Below are positions 1-12,686 of a stretch of 64,000 bases of DNA, in pieces. The notes under the pieces were generated by a model that was given only the letters and a program-made list of their open reading frames with translations, had not been told where the DNA came from and did not search any database. The stretch is from Dendrobates tinctorius (Eukaryota), in assembly GCF_039654945.1 (NCBI RefSeq), contig NW_027361696.1, positions 67,580,001-67,644,000 of the forward strand, given 5' to 3'. The position numbers were made by a program, and so were the translations under genes. Numbering within the stretch: position 1 is the stretch's first letter; every line of letters begins with the position of its first letter.

Positions 1-398
1 ACACACGTCCAGGAGGGGTGGTCACTGTGGCTATATGCAGACCACAAAACTAATGGCAGGGTCTTACTGGTGGCCGCACAGGGCTCGGGATGTTAAAAAA
101 TATATTCGGGCCTGCGCATTTTGTGTACTCGGAATAGCCTCCTTAAGCGAAGAGCGGAGATGCCTGCCGACACACGGTGGCATTCCACTTTAACTTCCGC
201 TCCCGCTGTCTCCCACAGGTCCCTTCTCAAACCTGGCGATCTTGCCACCCCTGAGGCCTTCCACGTGTCCCGGGTCTCTCTGTCACCTACCGGGACATCA
301 TACTTGCCTGCGGACGAGTCTGAGGCATATGCCACTTATGGGCACAAGCTGGTGGATCGTAAGGCTCAGAGAGGGGGAGGCCCTAGGAGGGGGGGTAA
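1..398 (+). mobile_element. 3' internal end of an LTR retroelement (Gypsy-like, degenerate) ending in a polypurine tract
   Basis: Purine tract AGAGAGGGGGAGGCCCTAGGAGGGGGGGTAA abuts TG at 399; weak FHVS/SLLKP integrase-C-terminal-like words in the 121..741 ORF. Confidence 0.5.
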
Positions 399-2579
399 TG
401 TTAGGAGTCGGATTTCTGCGTTTACTCAGCAGGGATCCAGATCCTCACATTCTGCACTCTCCTCCTATTTATTCACTGCAGAGGAGATTGCCTTGCAGCA
501 AATCTCTCCTGAGGCTAAGTCCTTCTGTTCTCTTACTGGGCATGCTCATGGGACGCTCTCCCATTGGAGATCGGGAGTCATGTGCTCAGGTCCCACTCCA
601 GTTGTCATTGGTCCATCTCAGAGATCTGGAAACGTGCAGAAGGTCCTGGCTGCTATAAAAGGCGTGCATGGCTGTTCCGCCATGTGTGGCGCTCTGAGGC
701 TCAGTCGCCACAGAGGTACTGCACCTTCTCCTAAGATGTAGTGCCCCACCGTCCAGGTAAGGTGGGAACTCCTTTCCTCACTCCAACACTCGCACCCCAC
801 GCAACAAGGTAGTTCTGCACAGCCACATTGCGGCTCAGTGCTTAGAGAGTAGCAGAGCACCTTTGGTGGTTCCCTGCTTGGAAAAATGGATGTGCTGGGA
901 GGTGGGTGGAGTTAAGATACATAAAAGAGTGGGAAAGTGTAGGATGACAGGTCAGTCTGACAGAAGGTCAGTCGGGTAGGAAGTCACTCAGACAGGAGTG
1001 AGGATCCCTGGAAGAAGGGATGGAGGAAGGAGTGCTGCAGCTGCCTCAGTGATCTGAGCCAGCTGGCACGGGAAAGGAAAAGGAGAAAGACGTAGAACTG
1101 AAACCTAAGCTTCCATAAGAGAGAGAAAGACAAGTATGGAACGAAGGAGTAAGGAGAACAGAGAGGACGTGGGTTAGAAGAGGAGCCCTGCCAATAGGTT
1201 CTCAGCGCAAGGCCGGGGCCCTGTCCCCGAGGTTGTATGGACACTTATGGTTCTGCAGCAGACACCGGTGGAGTAGTTGACTGTAAATGCACTACTCCCA
1301 TCTAAGACTTGGGGCACAAGAGCAACTGGATAGAGAGCCGGGACTCAGGAGAAGGGAGTCCCCGAAGCAGGCTACAGCTGTCTGCCGTACGAGTAGAGTT
1401 CTTGGGAACATCAGTCAGGAGGAACTCCAGTGTAACTCAGTACTAGGAGATCTTCACACTTTAAGGCGCTATAGAGGAGTCGTTCAGAAAGGTACATGTT
1501 GGCGGAGCGTTGGAGGGGAGCGTTCCATCTTGCCTGGAGGTTGACTGAGTCTCTGACCCGGAGGACACGGCCCGGAGGCAGGCACCCTTGTGTACCGCAG
1601 ACTGTGAGTAAAGCCTTGGAACTACAAGCCCCGGTGTCCTCCATTCATTCTTGCGCCAACCCGCTCAGCACCGCTACACCTGGGTACCATCCTTTACACT
1701 GCTTGCGCCTCTCCTCATCCATTGCAACTACACGACCCTGGGGCTACAGCTTTACCTGTGGGGAGCTACACCATCTATGCTGCAGCACACCACCAGCCCC
1801 AGAGGATCCGCATGCAGCGTCGGCCTAACATCTCACTTGTCGAACACCACAGGTGGCGTCACAAACTATTCAATTCCACTTAAACTACATTACAAACTCC
1901 CATTGATCTTTGGGCGCCCAGGGCCACGGACCGGGTCACCGCTGCTGTGACACATTCCCCCTGACTCCGGCCCGGTACCGAGTACCCCACGGCCCTGGGA
2001 GGGCGACCCAACTGCGCTAGTATAGACTTACTTGCTGCTGTGTGTGTGAAGACGGATGCATGATTCTGGTGACGGACTCATTTGAAACCCCTTCCCTTTG
2101 ATATTACGCATGTGGATAGGGACTGAGTTAGAAACAGCGCCAGCGCTCCTCTGCTTCCACAGCTGCTAGCCTCCAACATTGTGCTTGCGCCTCGCCTTTG
2201 TCGTTTAGCGGCAGTGCCCACGCCGCGCTGCAGTAGCAGCCTCCTTTGCGTTCGCAGTTGCAACGACGCGCACACGGTAGGTCTAGGCGGATGTAGTGCC
2301 GCCGTCTTGGGCTACTCCTGTGACCTTATACCGTGTGTGCGTTTTTTACTGAGTTCTGTGACTACAACAGGCTCAGCCTTTTGTGTTTGTACTTTTGGCA
2401 TCTCTGTGAGTTTAACTGAGATTGCTCTGCGCACCTGGGTGAAGTTTAACCCTGTGTGCATTTCCGCCATATTGCTCCTGCCACCACTTAGCAGCAGTTA
2501 TATCACCTACTGCACGGTGGACCCCGAGCGGCGAACGCACTTTATTATTTTTATTTAGTGCGTTCCGCTGTTCCTAACA
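399..2579 (+). mobile_element. LTR (family A, probable 3' LTR), interrupted by a nested solo LTR at 685-2010
   Basis: Termini TGTTAGGA...TCCTAACA are inverted repeats; preceded by a PPT; TATAAAA near 655. Confidence 0.7.
685..2010 (+). mobile_element. Solo LTR (family B), copy 1
   Basis: TGTGGCGC...GGGCGACCCA (TG..CA); homologous along its length to the reverse complement of 6606-7925. Confidence 0.8.
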
Positions 2580-2913
2580 GTCACTCTATGTGGTCCGACC
2601 TTAGGGTACAAGTCTGCAGTCACTCTTTGCAACTGCAGACTTGGAAATTCTTATATCGTGCACAGTGCACGTTGTCAGGATTTTATGGTGCAGCGAGCGA
2701 GTGTTCATGTGATCTCAAGTATGTGATTTGCATACTTCCGTCCACATTCTGACTAGATGTATCGGATGTCACGCAATTCACTTGCATTGAGTGAGACCGC
2801 ACATGTCTAGTTTGCACGTGACTGCGTCTATGCAAATCACATGTCTGCAATCACGCGCCCACTGCTCCCGGCGCTGAAGAATCCTCACAGCACACAGCAC
2901 AATGTGAGGCTTA

Positions 2914-3279
2914 GGCTGTGTGCACACGCTGCGGATTTTGCTGCGGTTCCGCAGCGGTTTTGGCCGCTGCGGACCCGCAGCAGTTTTTGCTGCGGTGTAC
3001 AGTACCATGATTCCCTATGGGAATCAAAAACCGCAGTGCAGACGGTGCGGAATTTTCCGCGCGGATTATCTGCGGTTTTCAATCCGCAGAAAGAATTGAC
3101 ATGTCAATTCTTTCTGCGGATTCTCCTGCGGTTTGCCATCTCCTCCATTGAGGAGATGAAAAACCGCAGAGCAATCCGCAGGTAAAACCGCAGGTATTTT
3201 GACCTGCGGTTTCACCTGCGGATTTTACAAAATCCGCGCTGATGAATCCGCACCTAATCCGCAGCGTGTGCACACAGCC
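2914..3279. mobile_element. PIF/Harbinger-type MITE
   Basis: TIR GGCTGTGTGCACACGCTGCGGATT and its reverse complement; TTA duplication at 2911-2913 and 3280-3282; internal CCGCA/TGCGG repeats. Confidence 0.85.
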
Positions 3280-3963
3280 TTACATCTAGTGATTGCAGAC
3301 TTGATCCCTAAGAACAGACAACCCATTTATATATTGTGTGCCCTTTTCTATGGGGTTGTTCACATTTTCATGTTATTTTGTAGGGCAAGGGTCCACAAAT
3401 AAAGAAAAAAAAACACAAGCCTGTTTAACTTGTTCATTCATATAAATGGATGAGTAAAAAAAAAATGGACAGAAACCAATGCCATCTGTCACCTGAGTGA
3501 TCTCTGTTTTCTACAGAGTGGCAGAAGCTTGGATTTTTTTTACATACTACAGAAGTGGATGTGGCAGTGATGGTAAAAATGGACATACGGATGGATTGAT
3601 GAAAAACGCTCAGATTTTTTCTTGTATGCAGAATTAAAATGGACGTTTGAATGAGGATTTAATAAATGTTGATAAGCGCTCTGGTCACTTACTACTGCAA
3701 GTGATCTGGAAGGGGCCAGTAATCATGTAACCTCAGGTTGTGATATTATGAATCCGCTACCATTCAGCACTATAGATGGGTGAGCAGAGAGGCTGAAATG
3801 CAACTGCAAGATGTCTTATCATCATTATCTAACTCTGATGTTGCAGGAATAAATCCAACTGTCAGTGAGAAGTGAAGCCGAGGAGCTGATTGTTGGGGCC
3901 ATATTCAACTACTAATGACATAGATAAATACATACTGGCTATGTGTGCTCATGTGTGTACATA

Positions 3964-5548
3964 CACTGCTCAAAAAAAAATAAAGGGAACACTCAAACAA
4001 CACAGTGTAACTCCAAGTCAATCACACTTCTGTGAAATCAACCTGTCCAGTTATGAAGTAACAACGATTGTGTATCAATTTATCCTGCTGTTGTGCAAAT
4101 AGAACAGACAATGAGTAGAAATGATCGGTAATTAGCAAGACAACCCCTTGAAAGAAGTGGTTCTGCAGGGGTGACCACAGACCATTTCTCTGTTCTCATC
4201 CTTTTTGGTCACTTTTGCATTATTTTTCATTGCTCTCACCCCTAGAGGTACTGTACTGTACGAGGTGGTGCCTAAAATCAACAGAGGTTGCTCAGACAGT
4301 GCAGCTCATCCAGAAGGGCACATCAATGTGAGCTGTGGCAAGAAGGGTACCTGTGTCTGTCAGCACAGAGTCCAGAGCATGAAGCAGATACCAGGAGACA
4401 GTCCAGTACACCAGAAGACGAGGAGGGAGCTGTAGGAGGGCAATAACCCAGCAAGACCGCTACCTCCTCCTTTGTGCAAGGAAGAACAGGAGTAGCAGTG
4501 CCAGAGCCCTGCAAAATGACCTCCAGCAGGTCACCAACATCCATGTATCTGGTCAGTCAGAAACAAACTCCATGAGGGTGGTATGAGGGCCCGACCTCCT
4601 CAAGTGTGTGTTGTGCTTACTGCCCAATACCGTGCAGAGTGATTGGCATTTGTCAGAGAACAATTATTATATATATAACACCATGATTTTCAGATTCGAC
4701 ATTGACGCCTTGTGCTTTTCACGGATGAGAGCAGGTTCACACTGAACACATGTGACAGACATGACAGAGTCTGGAGACGCTGTGGAGAACGTTTTTCTGC
4801 CTGCAACATCCTCCAGCATGATCGGTTTGGCAGTGGGTCAGTAATGGTGTGGGGAGGCATTTCTTTGGATGGCCTCAAACCCCTCCATGTGCCAGAGACA
4901 CCCTGACTGCCATTAGGTACCGGCATGATATCCTCAGACCCATTGTGAGACCATATGCAGGTGCAATGGGCTCTGCGTTCCTTGCGATCCATGAAAATGC
5001 TAGGCCTCATGTGGCTGAAGTGTGTCAGCAGTCCCTGCATGATTAAGGCATTGATGCTATGCACTGTCCTGCCCATTCCCCACACCTGCATCCAATTGAG
5101 CACAACTGGGACATCAGGTCTCGTTCCATCCACCAATGCCACGTTGCACCACAAACTGCCAAGGAGTTGACTGATGCTTTAATCCAGATCTAGTAGGAGA
5201 TCCCTCAGAAGAACATCCACTGCTTTATTAGGAGAATGCCCAGATGTTGTAGGGGGGTCATACAGGCACGTGGAGGCCACATACAATACTGAGCATCTTT
5301 TCCTTGTCATGAGGCATTTCCACTGAAGTTGAATCAGCCTGTAATTTCATTTTTCAGTTTGATTTTGAGTATGATTCCAAATCCCGACCTCCATGGAATA
5401 TTACTTTTGATTTATATTTATAATTTTTATGTTTTATTGTTCTCAACGCATTCCTCTATGTAATGAATAAAGATTAGCAACTGGAATATTTAATTCAGTG
5501 ATATCTACGATGTGGTAGTTTAATGGTCCCTTTATTTTTTTGAGCTGT
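3964..5548 (+). mobile_element. Tc1/mariner transposon, full length, with a decayed transposase
   Basis: TA+CACTGCTCAAAAAAAAATAAAGGGAAC and an inverted match at about 5526-5548; fragments LFTDESRF, GSVMVWGGIS, ENARPH. Confidence 0.85.
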
Positions 5549-5553
5549 ATTTA

Positions 5554-6605
5554 CAGTTGTGGCCAAAAGTATTGACACCCCTGCAATTTTGTCAGATAAT
5601 ACGCAGTTTCTTCCTGAAAATGATTGCAAACACAAATTCTTTGGTATTATTATCTTCATTTAATTTGTCTTAAATGAAAAAACACAAAAAGAATTGTCTT
5701 AAAGCCAAATTGGATATAATTCCACACCAAACATAGAAAAGAGGGTGGACAAAAGTACTGGCACTGTTCGAAAAATCATGTGATGCTTCTCCAATTTGTG
5801 TAATTAACAGCACCTGTAACTTACCTGTGGCACCTAACAGGTGTTGGCAATAACTAAATCACACTTGCAGCCAGTTGACATGGATATAATTCCACACCAA
5901 ACATAAAAAAGAGGGTGGACAAAAGTACTGGCACTGTTCGAAAAATCATGTGATGTTTCTCTAATTTGTGTAATTAACAGCACCTGTAACTTACCTGTGG
6001 CACCTAACAGGTGTTGGCAATAACTAAATCACACTTGCAGCCAGTTGACATGGATTAAAGTTGACTCAACCTCTGTCCTGTGTCTTTGTGTGTACCACAT
6101 TGAGCATGGAGAAAAGAAAGAAGACCAAAGAACTGTCTGAGGACTTGAGAAACCAAATTGTGAGGAAGCATGAGCAATCTCAAGGCTACAAGTCCATCTC
6201 CAAAGACCTGAATGTTCCTGTGTCTACCGTGCGCAGTGTCATCAAGAAGTTTAAAGCCCATGGCACTGTGGCTAACCTCCCTAGATGTGGACGGAAAAGA
6301 AAAATTGACAAGAGATTTCAACGCAAGATTGTGCGTATGTTGGATAAAGAACCTCGACTAACATCCAAACAAGTTCAAGCTGCCCTGCAGTCCGAGGGTA
6401 CAACAGTGTCACCCGTACTTTCCGTCGGCGTCTGAATGAAAAGGGACTGTATGGTAGGAGACCCAGGAAGACCCCACTTCTTACCCCGAGACATAAAAAG
6501 CCAGTCTGGAGTTTGCCAAAACTTACCTGAAAAAGCCTAAAACGTTTTGGAAGAATGTTCTCTGGTCAGATGAGACAAAAGTAGAGCTTTTTGGGCAAAG
6601 GCATC
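5554..6605 (+). mobile_element. Second Tc1 transposon, 5' half only (truncated at the LTR)
   Basis: TA+CAGTTGTGGCCAAAAGTATTG terminus; transposase N-terminus MEKRKKTKELSEDLR..GRKRK from 6106, frameshifted, reaching WSDETK just before 6605. Confidence 0.85.
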
Positions 6606-7925
6606 TGGGTCGCCCTCTCAGGGCTGTGGGGTACTCGGTACCGGGCCGGTGTCAGTGGGATGTGTCACGGCAGCTGTGACCCGGTCCGTGGTGGTTTGTG
6701 ATATAGTTTATGTGATAGTTCGTGACGCCACCTGTGGTGTTTGGCAAGCAAGATGTTAAGCCAACGCTGCGTGCAGATCCTCTGGGGCTGACGGTGTGTT
6801 GCAGCATAGATGGTATAGCTCCCCACAGGTGAAGTTGTAACCCCAGTGCAGTGCAATGGCAATAGATGAGAATAGGCGCAGGAGGTGAGAGGAATGCTGG
6901 TACCCAGATGTAGCGGTGCTGACGGTGTTAGCGCACAAATGAATGGAAGACACCAGGGCTTGCAGTTCCAAAGCTTTACTCACAGTCCATGGCACACACT
7001 GGTGCTTGCCTCCGTGCCATGTCCTCTGGGGCAGAGACTCAATCAACCTCCCGGGCAAGTCAGGATTCTCCTCTCCAACACTCCGCCAACATGTACCTCT
7101 CCTGAACAACTCCTCTATTGCGCCTTAAGGTGTGAAGAGCTCCAGTACCGATGTACTCTCGAGTTCCTCCTGTCAGATGTTCTTAACAACTCTACTTGTA
7201 TGGCAGACAGCTGTAGCCTCTCTCGGGGACTCCCTTCTCCAGAGTCCTGGCTCTCTATTCAGTTGCTGTTGTGCCCCAAATCTTAGATGGGAGTAGTGCA
7301 TTTACAGCCCACTACTCCACCGGTGTCTGCTGCAGAACCATTAGTGTCCATACAACCTCGGGGACCGGGTCCCAGCCTTGCGCTTAGAACTTCTAGGCTG
7401 GGTTCTTCCTCTAACCCACGTCCTCTGTGTTCCCTTTTACTCCTACGTTCCGTGCTTGTCTTTTCCCTTCTACGGAAGCTCAGGCTTCAGTTCAATGTCC
7501 TTCTTTCCTTTCCCGTGCCAGCTGGCTCAGGTCTCTGAGACAGCTGCAGCACTCCTTCCTCCATCCCGCTTCCAGGGATCCCCACTCCTCCCGAGTGGCT
7601 TCCTCTCTCACTGACCTCCTGTCAGACTGACCTACTGAACCACTTATCCTGGAACTGTCCCGCTCTTATATATATATATATATATATATATTATGAACTC
7701 CACCCACCTCCCAGCACGTCTAGTGTTCCAAGCAGGGAACCACCAAAGGTGCTCTGCCTCTCTCTAAGCAAGGAGCCGCAATGTGGTTTTGCTGAACTAC
7801 TCTATTGTGTGGGGTGCGAGTGTTGGAGCGTGGTCAGGAGCCTCCAACTTACCTGGATGGTGGGGCACCACACCTTAGGAGAAGGTGCAGTACCTCTGTG
7901 GCAACTGAGCCTCAGGGGCGCCACA
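6606..7925 (-). mobile_element. Solo LTR (family B), copy 2, inverted relative to copy 1
   Basis: Reverse-complement homology to 685-2010; (TA)n expansion at about 7667-7690. Confidence 0.8.
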
Positions 7926-8368
7926 ACTGCAGACTTATACCCCACGGTCGGACCACGTAGAGTGACTGCAGACTTGTACACTAAGGTCGGATGACATCGT
8001 GTGACTGAAGACTTGTACCATAAGGCTGGATATCTCTTTTAAATAGTAGTCCTGTAGAAAGGGGCCCGACATTCTAGCAAAAGTTGGGCCACTAACATCC
8101 ATGCTTATTGGCTGCAGCTTGCACGTAACACAACAATGTCACAAATAAGCCAAAAAATGTTCTGAAAGACATTTGCTTCTGGACTTTTTTGCACCTATGA
8201 TGTATCTCAGGAGACGCTGGAATTTCTTTTGTCATTAAATCATGCCATAGCATGTTATAACTGCAATAACACCGGTTACTTATTTATTAGCATATTTCAA
8301 ACACTTTGTGTAAGAAGAACGCTTGTTTGATAATTTTGTCTCAGTAAGCTTTCCGTTCGAATCAAGCT

Positions 8369-8610
8369 GTTCCTATGGTAACGACCGCGTTAAGTTTGAA
8401 ACGTCATAGCTCCGCGACGCCGCGCCATGTGTCTGGTGGTTTAGTTCGCTGTACCCGACGTGACGTAATAAGTATGCGACGCCGTGCCGTGTTTCAGTTG
8501 GGTGGGTTAGTGTTCTGTAGCCGACGTAGCGTCATAGTTCTGCGACGCCGCGCCATGTTTCTGGTGGGACGCAGTCATGTTGGTGGTACGTCACTAGCCG
8601 GAAGGGTGTC
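8369..8610 (+). promoter_or_regulatory. Probable nucb1 CpG-rich promoter
   Basis: Local CpG density; TGACGT/ACGTCA CRE-like cores; CGCCATGTT YY1-like; CCGGAAG ETS-like; X-box-like GTTCCTATGGTAAC at 8369-8382; followed by a donor site. Confidence 0.6.
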
Positions 8611-8689
8611 GTGGAACCTGCACAGAGCTCATCACAGGCTGGGATTGTGCTTCACCTGCTTAGACACCAGGCAGTGAGGTCCTGGACAG
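8600..8689 (+). other. nucb1: Probable non-coding exon 1 of nucb1 (5' end approximate)
   Basis: CAG|GTACGT donor at 8689/8690 just after the CpG cluster; the first coding exon has an acceptor 9 nt before the ATG, so an upstream exon is needed. Confidence 0.5.
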
Positions 8690-9954
8690 GTACGTCTATA
8701 GTGGGGACCATGAGGGAGGATAAGGGGAGTAGTCATCCTTTCTGGGCTGGGGAGGTGTCAGGAGACATAATGGTGTCACGTAACACATCACTTGTCAAGG
8801 TTGAATGGGATTATAATGGGGAAGGTGGGCAGAGGTTGTTGTCATCACTGCGTCAATAACTTTATTAAACCCTAGAGAGCCCCTTTAATTAAAGGGGAAA
8901 TGCACCCTGCAGTGCTGCCGAGTAGATGTCATCGGTGGAGGGGTCTCCGAGCCTGGTCTGATGGGGCTTATTTTGAGTTTCTGGGATGCAATTACAGGGG
9001 TCTATAGCCTTCCTATAAGTAAACAGTGGGGGTCTCAGCACCAGACCCTCCACCAATCACAACTTCTGAAGGGCAGTCACTCTTTAAAGAGTTTTTTTTC
9101 CACATCTGTTGACCACTGCTTGGACCCCTACTAATCACAAGAATGGAGGGGTGTCCCCTGTTTGGATGGAGCAAAGGTGCCTCCATTTGTGTCCAGTTTT
9201 GCTCTTGTTTTATTCCCGCTGCTCCCAGGTATTCTGTTTTAATTTTTTTAATCCGCCGAGCAGCTCCAGAGATATCGGTCTTTTTGTGTAGCGCTAATTT
9301 GTATAAATAAGTGGAATATTCAGGAGAGCAGCGGGAAGAAAATAAGATCACAATCTGTCAACTTTTTTTAAACTGGCCTTTAGCTAGAGGACAGATGGGT
9401 ATAGCCAAGCGCAGAACTCAGCTGTCCCCATCAGTATCAGAGACTTCTATCCTCGTGATCGGTGCAAGCTCCAGTAATCAGTAACTGGTCAGTTGTGAAT
9501 GCGGGACAACAACCGTAGCCAAACATTAAGTTCTGGTCACACGTATGATTATTGTATGATCTCCGTGCTCCTAGGGATCACTCAGTGCTCATGCACTGGA
9601 CACCATAGCTCCTGCTCTGCCTGGTACCCGGCACCTAACTCCCAATACTTTGCATTTCGGTTCCTTATCCATGTAGAACCTCTGCTTGCTGTTAGAGAAT
9701 GAAAACATTCTTGTTTGTATTCAGCAAACTGACCAGACAAACAATGATGTGGTGTTGTGACCTATGGACCCCCAAGCATCTGCCGGCATCCTATGCCTCT
9801 CTTCTGATTGATGCTCCCCATGTCAAAATCACAAGAGCGCAAGGGCCTAATATTGATTATAGGGGTTGAGGATACTGACAGGTGTTAAGAGGTCCGTAGG
9901 GCTCTGGTCCGGCTACCACAGTCCTGTGAATCATATATCTGTGCAGGGGGGGAA

Positions 9955-11075
9955 TTTGTATCTTCTGGTGTTTTCTGTCCCTGCCGGGTTCTGTGTAGAA
10001 CCTTGTATCTTCTGATCTTTTCTATCCTGCCGGGTTCTGTGTGGAACCTTGTATCTTCTGATGTTTTCTGTCCCTGCCGGGTTCTGTGTGGAACCTTGTA
10101 TCTTCTGATGTTTTCTGTCCCTGCCGGGTTCTGTGTGGAACCTTGTATCTTCTGATGTTTTCTGTCCCTCCCGGGTTCTGTGTGGGACCTTGTATCTTCT
10201 GGTGTTTTCTGTCCCTGCCGGGTTCTGTGTGGAACCTTGTATCTTCTGGTGTTTTCTGTCCCTGCCGGGTTCTGTGTGGAACCTTGTATCTTCTGGTGTT
10301 TTCTGTCCCTGCCGGGTTCTGTGTGGAACCTTGTATCTTCTGATGTTTTCTGTCCCTGCCGGGTTCTGTGCGGGACCTTGTATCTTCTGATCTTTTCTAT
10401 TCCTGCTGGGTTCTGTGTGGGACCTTGTATCTTCTGGTCTTTTCTGTTCCCTTGTATCTTCTGGTCTTTTCTGTCCCTGTCGGGGTCTATGAGGGACCTT
10501 GTACCTTCTGGTCTTTTCTGTCCCTGCCGGGTTCTGAGCGGGACCTTGTATCTTCTGGTATTTTCTGTCCCCGCCGGGATCTGTGCGGGACCTTGTATCT
10601 TCTGGTCTTTTCTGTCCCCGCCGGGATCTGTGCGGGACCTTGTATCTTCTGGTCTTTTCTGTCCCCGCCGGGATCTGTGCGGGACCTTGTATCTTCTGGT
10701 CTTTTCTGTCCCCGCTGGGATCTGTGCGGGACCTTGTATCTTCTGGTCTTTTCTTTCCCCGCTGGGATCTGTGTGGGACCTTGTATCTTCTGGTCTTTTG
10801 TCCCTGCCGGGATCTGTGCGGGACCTTGAATCTTCTGGTCTTTTCTTTCCCCGCTGGGGACTGCGTGGAGCCTTGTATCTTGTCTTTTCTTTCCCCGCTG
10901 GGATCTGTGCGGGACCTTGTATCTTCTGGTCTTTTCTGTCTCTGCCGGGTTCTGTGCTGGACCTTGTATCTTCTGGTCTTTTCTTTCCCCGCCAGGATCT
11001 GTACGGGACCTTGTATCTTCAGTTTTTTCTGTCGCCGCCAAGGTCTGTGCTGGACATTGTATCTTTTTATGTTTT
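9955..11075. repeat. 47-bp minisatellite, about 24 copies
   Basis: Unit CCTTGTATCTTCTGGTGTTTTCTGTCCCTGCCGGGTTCTGTGTGGAA and variants. Confidence 0.95.
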
Positions 11076-12686
11076 CCATCTAACTGTGCTCTTTGTCTGG
11101 TCCATTTTTCTCTCTCTACCATTGGTCAATGTGTCGGCCTGGACCTAAATGATTATTTCCAATGTTTCACATAACCCCTATCCACATTATTACCGTATAT
11201 ATTAAAAACAAAAATATAAATTGAGATCTTATTTTTCAGCCACATCACCCAGATCTAAGAATGCTGCCTTGAGACAACCCCTTTAAGCATTTTTTTTTTT
11301 TTTAACCTTACGCAATGTCACCGAAATTGGTGCATTTTTGTTTAATCCGCTTGTAGGAACACAATCCACTTTTGTAAAGAAAGTAGCACTGAATTGAAAG
11401 TGTTCTAGGCCCTAAGGTGAAAAGTATAAGCCGTGACTCACTCTTACTGGTGTCCAATGATGAGGAGGCACTTTAGGACTGTTGCAGCCAATATTTCACT
11501 GTGTCTTTCAGTGCAGGCGTAGTATCGGAATAGGAGGGGTGCACAGCATATTATTGTTTTATTGCATCATTAAAAGCTTTATCTGGCTGGACCGCCCCTT
11601 TAAGGACATTCTTGGAAAGTAGAGAGGAGTCTCCAGTTCACTCCTCACCTATTAGATGCAAAGAACGAACCATGACATGTGCTCGTACTACGTGAAAAAA
11701 AAAAGAGCCAAGCCATTTCCAATCTGTAATCACACATTACGCTTAGTTGCAGGGTCTGTTCTATGACTTAGTAGTTTTTAGTTTCACAGATCAGTAGGTT
11801 GGAAAATCTCGAATTCCGGATCACGTAGCTACTGCACCGCCTCGGCGATGCTCCCAACCGGCCGCGACATTACGGCACAGCAGCCGATCACTGGGAACAT
11901 TGATCATATGATCGTCCTGTCCCCTTACAGCATTTTTTTGTCGGCAGAACATCCTGTTTACACGGAGCCGCGTGCTGCCGATACCGATGAATGACTCGCC
12001 TCCATAAACGATCTGATCACCCAACAAAGGATTGAGTCGCAGAACATCGGAACCAGTGGGATTATTTTCAAATTTCTTGTTGTGTCTGCAGTAACTCGCA
12101 AGTCACATTATGACCCCATTCGCTCGCACTGTCCAGTGTTGCAGCGTAATGTTGGGTCCAAAGTCACTGTATAGATCCAGCCTTAAAGGGGATGTCTGAT
12201 TTTAGAAAACTCATGAAACACCTTTTATTTGTTTTTTTTCCCTCATTCACATCCTCAATTAGGCAGACCGGACAGAAACTTCAGGAAACAATTCTCTCTT
12301 TAGAGGACCAGACATGTACTTACATTAATGGGGTGTTCTGGTGTCCCCGGGTCCAGTTTCTTTAAAAAAGAAAATATTCTTTACTCGCCCTCTCTGGCGC
12401 AGTCTCTCCTGGTGTCTCATATTGTTGACAGCGCTGTCAATAATCAATGAACTTAGTGGCTCTGCCCGAGTTGACGGCATGAGTCGCTGAGCTCACTGAT
12501 TGGCTGCAGCGCTGTGAACGTGACAATAGCACTGCAGGCTGGGAGCAGTGGCGGAGACTCCACACCGGACCCGGGGAGGGCTAGATGGTGAGAACATCCC
12601 TTTTCCATTTTTTGGGAGATATTTGATAGTTTTCTTTTGCTGCCTTTTTTCCTGGCTTAGTCATTGGGGCTGAATCGCAGGAAGGA

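Noticed and set aside
2011-6605. Inversion mediated by the two inverted family-B LTRs
   Set aside because: Host LTR A continues correctly on both sides of copy 1, and swapping the flanks does not restore TSDs
9931-11148. 382-aa and 322-aa repetitive ORFs
   Set aside because: Translations of the 47-bp minisatellite
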